DNA from: Catajapyx aquilonaris
Taxonomy: Eukaryota
DNA: 64,000 bases
Direction: 5' to 3'
Assembly (NCBI GenBank): GCA_000934665.2
Contig: KZ538324.1
Span: 1 to 64,000, forward strand
Positions 1 through 12,000 of this stretch are shown here, one piece after another; within the stretch, counting starts at the first letter, position 1, and every line of letters begins with the position of its first letter. The position numbers were made by a program, and so were the translations under genes. The notes beneath the pieces were generated by a model, which searched no databases, was not told the DNA's origin, and saw only the letters and a program-made list of their open reading frames with translations.

Positions 1-2269
1 CATCCGGCTACCCCCTTCTCATGCTGCAGGATTCATCCTTGTATAATGGCATTAATGGGGTCCACTCTTTACCACCCACTCATAATGTGCTGCACCTGTG
101 TGATTGGCATTGATCACCCCCTCCAGGTTGAATATACTGTAAGGTCAGGCACATGTGACTGACTGCCAGGATTGCATAACATTTTTTTAAAAAAAAGCTC
201 TGCACCACAATGCACCAACTGTGTTTACATTCCTGCATTCATACATGAGTAATGTTGGTGCAGGGCTCTGTGATGGGTTTGCATCCATTGCCAAATCAAA
301 ACATACTGGAACAAACAGTATTACCCCACCTCTCCAGTCCCCCAGCACTCCCTCTAATCCTTACCCTCCCACATACAAATAGTATCATAGTCATACATAG
401 TACCATGTGTGTCCACAGATGGCAGCAGTTGATGCATGTAAACATGAATAGGAACCATTTTATACACATGTGCCTGTGCAGCAACATTATTCATGTACGT
501 TGCATCTATTTCACATGCGGCATGTTTACATAACTGCAATCAGTTGAAATATGCAGATTTTTTTCTGTACTTCATTGGCTATTATGCATCTACTTTCTGG
601 CTGAATTTATGGTCAGCGGATGGACCTTATGTTGTACATGATAGCTGTGGCGCTTATGTTGCAACATGTCGCTACAACAACAGTAACATATGATCATAGT
701 GTACACATTGCGCTTCCCACATTACCCTTGGCCTTAGCGTCTACACTGGAAGTAAGCACACATTAGAGTACACATTGCATGAACCACTACACTAATGACA
801 ATTGCATAATGCAACTGGCCAGGGCCAGGCATGTCCTTCAGTGGTATGGCTGAGTGGCAAGGCTCACCCGTGTGTCCCCATGGTCCAGTCCATGTCTGTG
901 CAGCTACAAGGGTCCCAAACAAGGCCCATCTCCTCCGGTGTGTCCCTTCCTTCCTCCACAACACACACACGCACTTCCTCGGGTCGTGGGGTTATAACCA
1001 TGCACTGGGTCCCTCTCCTCGTGGCATTCACCCCTCTAGTGGTAGGTCACCGCACGGGTCACACCGCATCGGGTACGGAGGAGGGGGAAAGGGAAGGAAG
1101 GAAGGTCGCAAAGGCTAGTCCCAATGCTTGAATCGGTCAATAACACTAAACTGCAATGAAAAGGCGGCCTAGAGAGGACTAGTAAGCGACTCAAGCAACC
1201 TTCGATCAAAACGCGGGGGTTGGAAATAACAGCACACCACATCCACACAAGGCACTCCCTGCCCTTCTCCAACCAGATCCGTCACTTGCATCCGTCTCTC
1301 GGACACCACCAGAGTCCAGCGGTGTCTCGATCCGTCTCATTTGATCCCACTGTCCGGTTCCTGGGCAGTGTTGTCCGATAGAGGCGGATGGAGGGTATTT
1401 CCGACCGTGCGGGCAAGATGCCGCACTTCTTTGTTACCAGCACCGCCACCTGACTTGGAAGGGGACGGGTGTCCACAAACTGACCGGTTTGTAAAATGGG
1501 GGCCTCGCTGGACCCGGGTTTAATCGGGGAGGACTGGCGGTCAGGTCGGGGTTAAATACGCGGTTTGATTAAAATGTCCGTGTCTGGTCCAGCATGCTGC
1601 GCCCGTACATTTGGGGGATGGTCGGGAGGTGGCAGCACTGGGCATGAATCGCTCCAAAATGTCACCCCAGTTTTGAGTAGACAGCGCGGAGGGAGGACAA
1701 TGATCAAGAAGACTTGAAAAGGGCACTGAAGGATGCGAACATGGCAAACATTTCTACCCAGACCACAAATCACTTTCGATTCGAGAAAGTAATAAAGCCG
1801 TCATCACTGAAATGACATGATGGCATAGGAAATGGCAAATGGACATATTTGAAACGAGAAATGTCGTAATGGAAGATTTCCAGGTTGGGTCAAAAATAAA
1901 GGTGGTTCTGAATACTATTGTGAATGTTATTTCTAAAGGTGAATTGGGGGCATCGTGATTTTGCAGCAGGTGCTCAGCAGATAATAGCGCAAATGTACAA
2001 CAAATTGGTTGAAATGTATGTTTGGCCTCTTCAACTGCCAGAGGATAATGTATATACATGGGACAGCATACTTCCCTTTCCTGCCCAGCAACTACACTCG
2101 GGGCCAGATGCTACAATCCCAGATCACCTTTTTGTTGTGGTCACATATTGCCTCTATAAAACGTCTAATGGGGGTTCAGATCCGTGGTTCAGATGCTTGT
2201 CGAGTTAATGAATAGGCTGGATAAAAGAGATGCAGAGAAGATGAGAAAAACATGGGTTAGGTTGGTTAA

Positions 2270-2589
2270 CCCTGGAACCGCGCCATGCCTACGAGTATTA
2301 CGGCAACCGTGCTGTGGGGTCTTTTCGGACCCCACCATATTTTTATTTTAATTAATTCTTATATAATACCTTGATAATACTTTTCAATGTATTGACTACC
2401 GGTATATCAATATTATATACGTACAATCATTCTGTGAACAATGCCTACAACTACAATGATCGCTAATTCAAAATAAACCTGCACTGCCTATTATATACTG
2501 TAAAAAAATGGAAAAAGTTCATGGTAATGATCATTTTAATGCATTTTTTCCTTGGGGTCCTAAAAAGACCCCACGGCACGGTTCCAGGG
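2270..2589. mobile_element. piggyBac-type MITE (non-autonomous)
   Basis: TTAA at 2266-2269 and 2590-2593. TIRs CCCTGGAACCGCGCC / GGCACGGTTCCAGGG. Subterminal GGGGTC-TTTT-NG-GACCCC motif inverted at both ends. No transposase. Confidence 0.85.
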
Positions 2590-2944
2590 TTAAATAGTAG
2601 TTGGGCGATTGTTACGGTTCACAATATCACTTTCCAAAATGTTCAGAGCCCCTGCTCAGGATTGTCTATTACCACCTTGATACAAGTGAGTTCATAACAT
2701 TTCTCGGTACCTTTCTTGCATCGGACTGGTATAATGCCATGAACATGCCAATAAATGTGTACATACTGTACATATGTTACAAATCTCTAAAAGTATGTTG
2801 CAATCCCACCATAGTAAAATTAATGTAATGAGCTCTACTGGCTGGCCATAAATTATTATATCCTGCATAGCCATTGCATCCAGTGCCTCAATATCCATAC
2901 TGTAAATTCCAAGTTCAGATCTGTTTTTTTTTTTGAATTTCTCA

Positions 2945-3195
2945 GTATTTTCCAGTTTTCTTCAAACTCCGGTGCAGGGAAATCAAGGACGATGGGTAAG
3001 GATAGAGATTGTTGGGGAGGCAATGTAGATGCAAGTGTAATACCGATAAATGGGTTCCCCAGGAGGTTAAGTTGCCAGAGACACCTCTAAGGTGCGGGTC
3101 AGAGACTCTCCCGAAGCAGGTGAAAGGGAGCTCCCAGGCGGGGATCGAACCTGGGACCATTCACTCAGCAAGCCACCCCACTTCCCCTCTTTTAA
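2945..3195 (-). mobile_element. Degenerate tRNA-derived SINE-like element
   Basis: On the minus strand, a B-box-like GGTTCGATCCC near 3141-3151 is followed by a GC-rich body and a T-rich flank. Boundaries are approximate. Confidence 0.4.
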
Positions 3196-3458
3196 CCATA
3201 TTATTCAACCATTACCTTGTTGATGGGTGTTGATTGTGGGGCGAAAGAAGAGGTCCCCTAGAAAGTATGCCCGAATATGCATAGATCCTCTCAAAGAGCT
3301 TTCATATCAGAAAACCTTCTGTCCAACCCAGGATTTAATACTACCCTTATCTGAGCCAAGAGTACATCACCAGGCCCTCTACACGTGGTATTTATTGTAG
3401 GTACTAAATAGCAGTTAAAGTAGAACATTTAATAATTTTCATGGCGAACTCCCCTGGG

Positions 3459-3652
3459 CATGATCTTAGAATACTCAGGTCTGGTCACTCCCACCTACCC
3501 CCTGGCGGGACGTTTTGCGTGACGTGCTCACCTGAGAGCACCATGAGACCTTTCAGAGCACTGAAAGGTCTCATGGGTCTCTCAGGTGAGCAACCCCTGC
3601 GAAACGCCCCGGCAGGCGATAAGATCAGAATGTAGTATAAGTGTCCGGGGGC
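3459..3652. mobile_element. Unclassified hairpin element, copy 1 (short)
   Basis: Shares its ends (CATG..TTAGAA.ACTCAGGT..GGTCACTCCCACC and CAGAATGTAGTATAAGTGTCCGGGGGC) with 55396-55765. Internal palindrome ~3502-3616. Degenerate 10-bp flanking repeat CTCCCCTGGG/TGCTCCTGGG. Confidence 0.75.
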
Positions 3653-3915
3653 TGCTCCTGGGGTAAATGCAGGTATACAGTACAGTGTTGGACATTAATC
3701 ACGTTATACTGCTAGTGACATTTTCCGAAGCTGCAGAAGAACGAATCTCGCTTGCACGGCTTGCACTATCCATTGCTTCGATTATTTCTTCTGCTGCTTC
3801 AGAAAGTGTTGCTAGCAGTATGATGCGATTAATGTCCAACACTGTACCAGATCCCTGGTTGATTTTGACTTATACTGGCCTGCCACAATATGCAGGATAA
3901 TAATAATTGGTATAA

Positions 3916-4225
3916 CCGAAGCAGGTTTGCATAGTGGATAAGGCGTTCGACTGCTAATCGGGAGGTCCTGGGTTCGAATCCCGGGACCGGCAACTCTGAC
4001 TGTGGTTTTCTGTGGTTTCCCACGGTCCTTCCAGGGAAATTCCGGAGTTGCTTCCGCAATTAATAGGCCACAGCCGCTTCCTTCCGTCCCTATCCTATCC
4101 CAATGAGCACAGTAAAATGAAAGCAAAGAGTTCCAGCCAAAACAAACTTCCCCCCTAAAGAGCCGATGGCTGATAACGGGGTATGAATAATAACAATTAT
4201 TATTATTATTGTTATTATTATTATT
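3916..4225 (+). mobile_element. tRNA-Ser(GCU)-derived SINE, full length
   Basis: tRNA-like head with anticodon arm GACTGCTAATC and B-box GGTTCGAATCC (3971-3981). (TTA)n tail. TSD ATTGGTATAA at 3906-3915 and 4226-4235. A second copy lies at 14590-14872. Confidence 0.9.
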
Positions 4226-4560
4226 ATTGGTATAAGCAATATAAACGCCAGTGTTATTCTTTCCGCATTCATTATTAGAATTAGAGGTGGAACACTTTTG
4301 GTGGAATGCTTGAAGGGTGGCATTTCTTCACCATCAAACATCAGATTGTACTGTACAAGAACCTCTTCTGACCTTTTTAAATATTTGTGCACACTGTGGA
4401 GCCAATATTTTAAGTAAACAGTAATTAGTTCACCTCAGGAGCACAGGTTACTATGTACTTCACCCTGCTACAATTTGTTTTGGTAACCATAGTTTTGCAG
4501 GTCTTGCCTTTCCTATTCCATCTAAACCCTTTAAAAAAAATTGACCTGAAAACAAGAACC

Positions 4561-5181
4561 ATGGATTACCCAGGGACAAAACCCAGACAGGCCAAGCTTG
4601 CTGAAGTGAAACTACAGCTGTACAACCCAAGGCTGCCAACTCTTCGCCGTATGAGTATGGACAGTGACCTGCACTTGCTGCCTACAGAACACTGTCGTAT
4701 GACCACATTCCACACCCTAGGTAAGAACTCACTGGACAGATTTCCAACCTTTTACCCAGGCCTTCTACATGCCATTTTGCTTCTGTCTAATTTAGATGAC
4801 CATGTTCGCACAACATACTTCAACTACCACCCTGCATCATTCTCCTTCAATGGCTATGAGACACTTGCTCACTTTCATAGAGCAGTACCAGTAGGTGTGG
4901 ACGCAGTGAACTACCCTCCTGCTGCTGAATCTTGGCTACGCAACTACAGTTCCCGCAGTCAGTGGGAGCTGCTGAAGAACCTTTCAGGCCAGTCCAAATT
5001 GTGCCATGAGGGTCCTGGCTTCTGTCAGATCAACACGCCTGACTACAGGAACCAGTGCTTCAATGGGTATCTCATCAGGCACGAGCAGCCTCAGGTCACC
5101 AGTGGTTGGAGGAAGGCCATCATGCCCAAGCCTACACACAACATCTCGAAGATAAGCAAGAAGTGCATCTACAATCAATAG
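4561..5181 (+). CDS. TEPP: TEPP/SPMIP8-like protein (sperm microtubule inner protein family), ~181 aa
   Basis: Exons 4561-4720 and 4796-5181, separated by a 75-nt GTAAGA..TTTAG intron. RQAKLAEVKLQLYNPRLPTLRRMSMD..LPTEHC and NGYLIRHEQPQVTSGWR match recalled TEPP motifs ([44 protein letters not shown]). Probable 5'UTR intron at 4447-4500. AATAAA at 5239. Confidence 0.75.
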   Translation: MDYPGTKPRQAKLAEVKLQLYNPRLPTLRRMSMDSDLHLLPTEHCRMTTFHTLGKNSLDRFPTFYPGLLHAILLLSNLDDHVRTTYFNYHPASFSFNGYETLAHFHRAVPVGVDAVNYPPAAESWLRNYSSRSQWELLKNLSGQSKLCHEGPGFCQINTPDYRNQCFNGYLIRHEQPQVTSGWRKAIMPKPTHNISKISKKCIYNQ

Positions 5182-6083
5182 AGGCCTGTGAGGGTGCCAT
5201 GTGGACAAATTGAAACTATGTGTATGGGAAACACCTGTAATAAACAATCAGTTTCACCCTTGCCATTTCATTAAGAACAAACACTTCCTGAGTGAGCTAT
5301 GCAATGGTGTCGAAGGCAATTTTTGTATTTAGTTAGCCTCCAAATGCTAGTATTTCTGAGCTCAGCAGCTTCGTTGTAGCCGCACATCATTAATGCAAAT
5401 AATAGCAGCACTGCATCTGAACTCCCTGGTGATTCAGAAGTACATTTTTATTTCACACCTTTTAATGCGGTTTCTTGAGGCAAAACTGGTGACAAACAAC
5501 CACTTTGTATAAACTGATTGTGACAACTACAACTAATGATCATGCAGGCAAAAAGTTTATATAGTAACTATCAACTTAATTTTCCAAATATGATTTTACA
5601 ATCAACAGTTGGTTTTATTTAAACTTCCACAATGTATGTGGACAGAAAAACAAAAAATAAGTGACCTAACTGAACAAGGCAAACTCACTTTTGTTCCCCT
5701 CACAAATTTTAGCAAAAAGGAAAATGCCAGAAAAAAAACCAACATTTACAAGCTGAGCAATATTAACACTTTCACTGTAGTCAGTAGTTTTTACACTCTC
5801 TTCCGTCTTCATCACTTTCAGATGAACTTTTAGCTCATGTAAATGTACGCAACTCTCACTTTCAACTCACATTCAAACTACTAAAAATATATGCAGTTTA
5901 TCACTGTATGAACCTGTGTACAGTAACACTCCTCTGTGACTGTGCTAAGTTTACCGAATATCAGTAATTGCATTGTTACAATAAGGAGAATGGGGGTGAG
6001 GTTGTTTGTAACAAAGAGTTCAAGCAGATCAACTAAGTGGTGAAGAATATTAACATAGGAATTAGCTGTCAGCATTTGCATTT

Positions 6084-9000
6084 TCATATTCGCTTCGCCT
6101 TCTTGGGTGGTGAAGGCTGGAAGCAGGGAGGCCCCCTGTTTACCTCTATTTTGGGTGTGTTGAGGGCACTGTTATTTTCACTGGACATGCCAGCAAGGAA
6201 GCCATCCCCTTGTCCCAGCAAGGAGCCCTCATCCATGGATATGGAGCCCATGAGATCATCATCAAAAAACTGGCTATTCTCGTCCACAAGCTCCATAAGA
6301 GAGGCGTTAGAGCATGCCAGCTCAGTACCTTCAAATGAGAGGAAAAATTAACAATGAGGTATTATACTACGCATGATCTTCATTTGAGGACTTGAAATCC
6401 AGAACAATATGTCACAATATTTCCGAAACAGTGGCACCAGTCTATGTTGAGCACTTTTGCAGCCAAGCCTATTCATATCCTCTGACATTTTTGCCTGAAA
6501 ATCTGTTTGGGCAGTGACACATGGAAATCGTTTGGAACCTCAAACAATGAAAGTGGTGCATCTTTGAGTGCCCAAACCTTGCAACAAGTAATTTTGCTTG
6601 TTTCACCGTCTCCGTAATTACACAGCTTCCCTTCCAGGATAGCTTTTGCAGTGTACCACGATAGTTGTTAGCAGTTGTTCCTAATAATATTTCATGGCAA
6701 AGTGAAGCTAATTTTTAAAATATTTGTTCTCTGAGGTCAAGTTGCACCACCTCCAGGAAACATTTCTGGTTGGAACAGAGCCAGAAGTTTGTTATCCATT
6801 GTTGTCAGCAATGGTAAAACTAGACCTTCATTGATTTCTGTGGAAAATTATTCCTTAAAATTTTACTACCAAATTATGCTTACTTTTGGAATATGATAAT
6901 ACCTTATGGAGTCCACATTTTCAAACATTTCTCCAGAAGACTAGAATTACTGAGGCATAAAAGTGACTTAACTTCAGCAACTGTGTGTTGAGGACAATGT
7001 TACAAAATGGCAAACTCAATTATGACTCGTGTGTTGTGTTTCAGGTCTGTACTTATATTCAGTGTCAGATTAAATTAAAATCAGGTACTCATGAAGGGAA
7101 AGCAGCTTTCTGATAAATTTGTGAAAAAGCACCAGTATTGTATATTTAATCCAAACTTGCAACATAGCCTTCTTTGATTGCACAAATGATGAGGTTAAGT
7201 TATATGATTGTCAACCTTTTGTTTAAAAAAGTACCAGCAACATATTCATTTCCAGCAATACCATGATTCCATACACTTGGAGCAAGCTCACAAGAACTAA
7301 TAACTTACCACATTCTTCAGACCATCATCACTAAAAACCTTCCATTCATTGTCAGTGAATGATAACTTACTAAACAGTGCAAGAAGGTCACAAAAAACTC
7401 ACCAGTTATGTTTTGTAGCGAACCATCTGATAATCCATCATCCGGAATGATGGAAATGGGCGTCTCGGAATTCAGCAGCTGCAATTAATATTGAATTATA
7501 ATCTCACAATGATGGGACAAATCAGCAAATGGTCATACCAGTGGTACCAAGCTCTAACACACTACAACCTGTCAGTTTCAAGAAAAGAAATTGAATTCTG
7601 AAGCTGCGCCTGCCTTCTAACTGATTAATCTCTGTGCCACTATCTACCTTATTCATTTCATCTTTCTGTGTCTCCATCATCATTGTTTGAGGACATACCC
7701 CCAGGAGAGTAGCCACATCCATGCTGTCATTGTTGTCCCTTAGGTAGTCCCTCAAGTTGTTCAGCTGCATCTCCATGTCGCCCACATGGGTGTCAAGGTA
7801 CTCTCTGCAACAAAGGAGTGTAACATAATAAATGAGATATGGCAATGAAATGAAAGAAGTCAATTAAAAAATATCTCCAAGTTTTAAAAATTGGCATGCA
7901 CATAAACAAGCAATCATGCACCAACCAATTTGTAATACCGTATTTACTCGCATATAAGACGCAACTTTTTTCCGATTTTTGTAGCTCAAAAAGTAGGGTG
8001 CGTCTTATACGCGTGTGCGTCTTATACGGCAGGACACAACGGGTGAAACCCGTGAAAAATCGTGAAAATCGTTTATTGAAAAATTTAAGCTTGTCGGTTT
8101 GATGTCCTGTCAGCACAGTTGATCACTTTCTTCTTGAAATCGGCACGGTACGACCTGCGTTTCTCCTTCACTTCCATAGATATGCTCCCCCCCGTACACA
8201 CACGTGCACAATTCCGGTGTGACCTTGCCACCTATACGTTTCAGATGCGTAGCATTGTCCCATTTTCCACTTGCCCCCACTTTTTACTGGATTCTAATGA
8301 ATTCCACACGCACATGCATTGCACATGCATTGCACACGAGGTTGCTGCCGGCAGCTCGAGGCCAGTTCCCAAACTACGGCAATAAATCTGGGTGCGTCTT
8401 ATATGAGTCAACAACCGATTTGCTACGATTTTTCGCCTCAAAACCGGGGTGCGTCTTATATGCGAGTAAATACGGTAATTATTACCAAGTCATCAGAATT
8501 TATTACGCAAAGGCACTGGAATATTACGTGGGCCTTTCCTAGTGATTTGTAGGTACCCTGCCTTCAAGTTCACTGTTCAGTCCAGTTTTAAAATGTCGGG
8601 GAAGAGGAAGGGGTTGGCAAAGGCTCAACGTATTGCTTGTGTCCAGTCGGGCAGATGGTCCAAAAGAGCAGACAAAATTAATAGCCCAAAAACTTGGTAT
8701 GGCAAAACTTAAGTCTTTCATAGGCGTGGCTGGAAAGTTTCTGCAACAAGCACAGAATTTCGCGGAAAAAAGTCTGTGGTGTGTGTGTGGTGGTCTGATT
8801 TTGCACCATATTGAAGGTAAGGTGCTTATTTTTGTGTCCCATTTTCCTCTCTTCTCACTGGCAAAAAAACTTAGTAAAGTCCTTGATCTGTATATAGTGG
8901 AAACCTGTCCATTACAGAAATTTATTAGGGTCCTGTGCGATTCCGTAATACACAGGTTTCACTGTAGTAACTTAGCATCATAAGGAAATCAAAGGTGTCA

Positions 9001-12000
9001 TGTTATGTGACCGAGTGAGGGGGAAAATGTAGTGTTATTTTGACACACGTGTAACTGCAGCCTAAGAGCCTTCCAATTAGAAACCTGGATAACTATCTGC
9101 CCAGAACATAGCCCTTAGTGACATAATTATTTCATAATATAACAGGCGAGAGTAATTTCCTGAATGGGTAGCTATCCAGGGTGTGCATCCTACAGCTGTA
9201 AGTTTTATTTAAGTCTCTGGAATAGCAACACATGAGAGGAATTTCAAGTCTAAGGGGAGGAATTTTTTCAATCAAAACTAATTTTTTAAACCCTTTAAAA
9301 ATCATTTCTGGATAATGATCAGAGGAGTCCAGGTTGAAAGGTGGGGGATTGGGACCTGGGGCATTGAGAACCACTGTGCTCAAGGCTTCCCAACTTTACA
9401 CCCATCCCATGCCTACTTGCTTCACTTACTAACTTTCCAGTCCTATTTGCAGCACCAAGTGTAAATTTTAAAGAATCTGAATTCCAATAGTCCAGAACAC
9501 TTTTACTTCAGAAAAGGCATTGTCTTTATACACAAAAATGCATATGCAAACTGTTTCTTTATCACAATAACAAAACAGTATCTCTAACCTGTTCCGATGT
9601 GCTACAGTCAGGTCACTTGACCCCGATGCCAACTGCTGCGGCTGTGGGCTGCTGACGCTGATATTGATTGGCGAGTCATCGGAGGCACTTCCATGATTGG
9701 GAGCAGTGCTACTAGACGTGGGCATGACCTTGCCTGGGTTAGCCGTAGTCAGCAGATCCGGACTTAGGCGTGACTGCTCCAGGATGGTGTTGAGGGCATC
9801 ATTTCCAAGAGTTTCCCCAGCATCAGGTACCACCCCTGCCTCTCTTGGAGATGGAACAGAAGGCGAAGGCGAATGGGCTGGGGGCGCAGGGGAACCCGAT
9901 GCAACAGAGGCGTTTCCAGGGCTGCCTGCATCTGGTGCCAGGCTGGCAAAATTACAATAGGCAGGTGACACTAAATTTCCAGTGTTGCCAACAAGCCTTT
10001 GAAAAATAAAAAAGGGAGAAAACAGCATGTAATGAAATCAGCAAAGCAAGGTTACAAAGCCATTGGTCTGCTAACCTGGCCCTGGCAGTTACATCAAGAA
10101 GTATAGAATTTATTACTGTATTAGAGTAAAACTTCCCATGTCTTGTCCATTTCAAAATTCCATCATCCATTTCAAAATCTCTCTACCCAAGGATCATCAT
10201 CAAACATAGTCAACATGGGCTATACATCCATCCATATTCAAGGGGAAATAATGCTGAAGTCATGCATAAGAGTGAAAGACAAGTAGGCAACCACAAAAAT
10301 TTACATGAGTTTGTTTTAGATGTCATTGGCATAGATTTTATTCCAAGCCACAAATATTTGTAACAATCTGTAGTTTTGAAAGGTGCTTTAAAAGATTTAT
10401 GAAATGATGAGCAGATAGCATATGCATATTTTCACTCTTCAAATGGTAAATCACCAACTGCTTTAGCAACAATTTATAGCAGCCCATAGACCACATACCA
10501 TGAACTTGAACCATAATGACCCTCCAACATTTTCGACAAGGACCTGCCTACCCTCAGAAAACCATTCCAAAAAGCCTCTCAGAGCCATACAAAAACATGC
10601 ACATGTAACACAAAACGTTTAAATTAAACAATAGCTAAGAGCCATGTCTTCTGAGACAATCCATAGTTTTCATTGTTGCCTTCTAGAATGTTCACACATC
10701 TCATAAGTGACAGTTCCACCTGTCTGGGTCAGGTTGGGAGCCAAACTTTGGGGCCAGTTCCACCAAGCACTGTGCAGGAAATTGAGGATGGATGATCAAG
10801 GAGACTGCTTGAAGGGGGGGAGGGGGGGGGTGGGAGAGGAGGGAGAGAAGAGAAGCCACCCAGGCACAAGGTAATCAGGTTTCACTCATTATTTCATACC
10901 CACACACTCTGGATTATTATAATTATATTAGTTTCTTACACCCTTAGCAATTCTATAACATGATCGCCTAGCAAAGAGGAATTTACACAAAACTGCTTAT
11001 TTTTTCTACAGTCCAACAGTACGTAGTTTGAAGAAAAGTTCATACTTATGTAGGGCCAGTCACTTGGTACAAATATGACGATCATCTCATATCATGATTG
11101 TGGGTTATTCATTATCATTGTTGAATTAGAGTGAAAAATAGAATTGAAACCTGATCTGATCGCAAAATTTTTGGGGCCTTTGTGTCATTCCCACAGGTAA
11201 AAACTATGCAAATGTGAAGAAGCTCATGCCAGGATGATTGAGCTATCCTACAAAAATCTTCCCTCTCCAAGCTAGATGATGATGGAAACAGAAGCCAAAA
11301 TTAAACAAAATATTAGGCATGATACTCACTCAGTGATGAGGATATTGCTGGCATACGTATTTGCATCAATCACAGCTTCAGTAGGTACTTCCCTGCTTCC
11401 ATCTTCAGCAGGATCCATGGCCTGGTTCGGCAGAATCGAATCCAGCACATCTGTTACTTCGCTTATCACGGGACCAGGTGATGTGCTACTCTATATTTTT
11501 TTCATTACAAGTTATTAATAATTCCTTTCACTGTTAAAAATACTGATACACGTCAACAAGCGAGTCAAACATGACAAGAAAATTGTTGTGTAGCGCTAAC
11601 TAATCAAAGCAATTCCATCATCAGAAGCTTTCTTTTCATAGTAAATGAAGGCAAATTAATATGACCATAATGAACTCAAAATTTTACTTATCTTCGTAAT
11701 GAATGGACACTGACACCACAATATCACTTCTCCTCAAATCCATACTCACTTCTCTTTTAGCACGAATGTAGCCTCTGGTGAGCTGTGGGCGCTGCACACC
11801 ATCATGTGCAGTAGAGTTGATCATGCGGGAGTAATGCCTCTTGATTCCCAAGGCATGATTCTGCTGCATCATTGACACCAAAAACTGGATCATCTATTCC
11901 CAGAAACAAATTTGTCAGGATGCAGTGCAACAGTGAAAAATATAATATTATAGTAAAGAAAAATTGGGGTACAGGCAATTTCTGGCAGGTTAGCAACATT

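Noticed and set aside
1680..2210. Exon-like open stretches with possible splice sites on +
   Set aside because: I could not join them in consistent phase, and no protein motif was recognised.
3918..3990. Possible tRNA-Ser gene
   Set aside because: It lacks the long Ser variable arm and a proper acceptor stem, and it continues into a SINE body with tail and TSD.
4090..4392. ORF with a poly-Ile 'membrane' stretch
   Set aside because: It is the antisense translation of the SINE (TTA)n tail.
4453..4560. Hydrophobic N-terminal extension or signal peptide on the TEPP-like ORF
   Set aside because: The ATG lies inside a probable 54-nt GT-AG intron (4447-4500).
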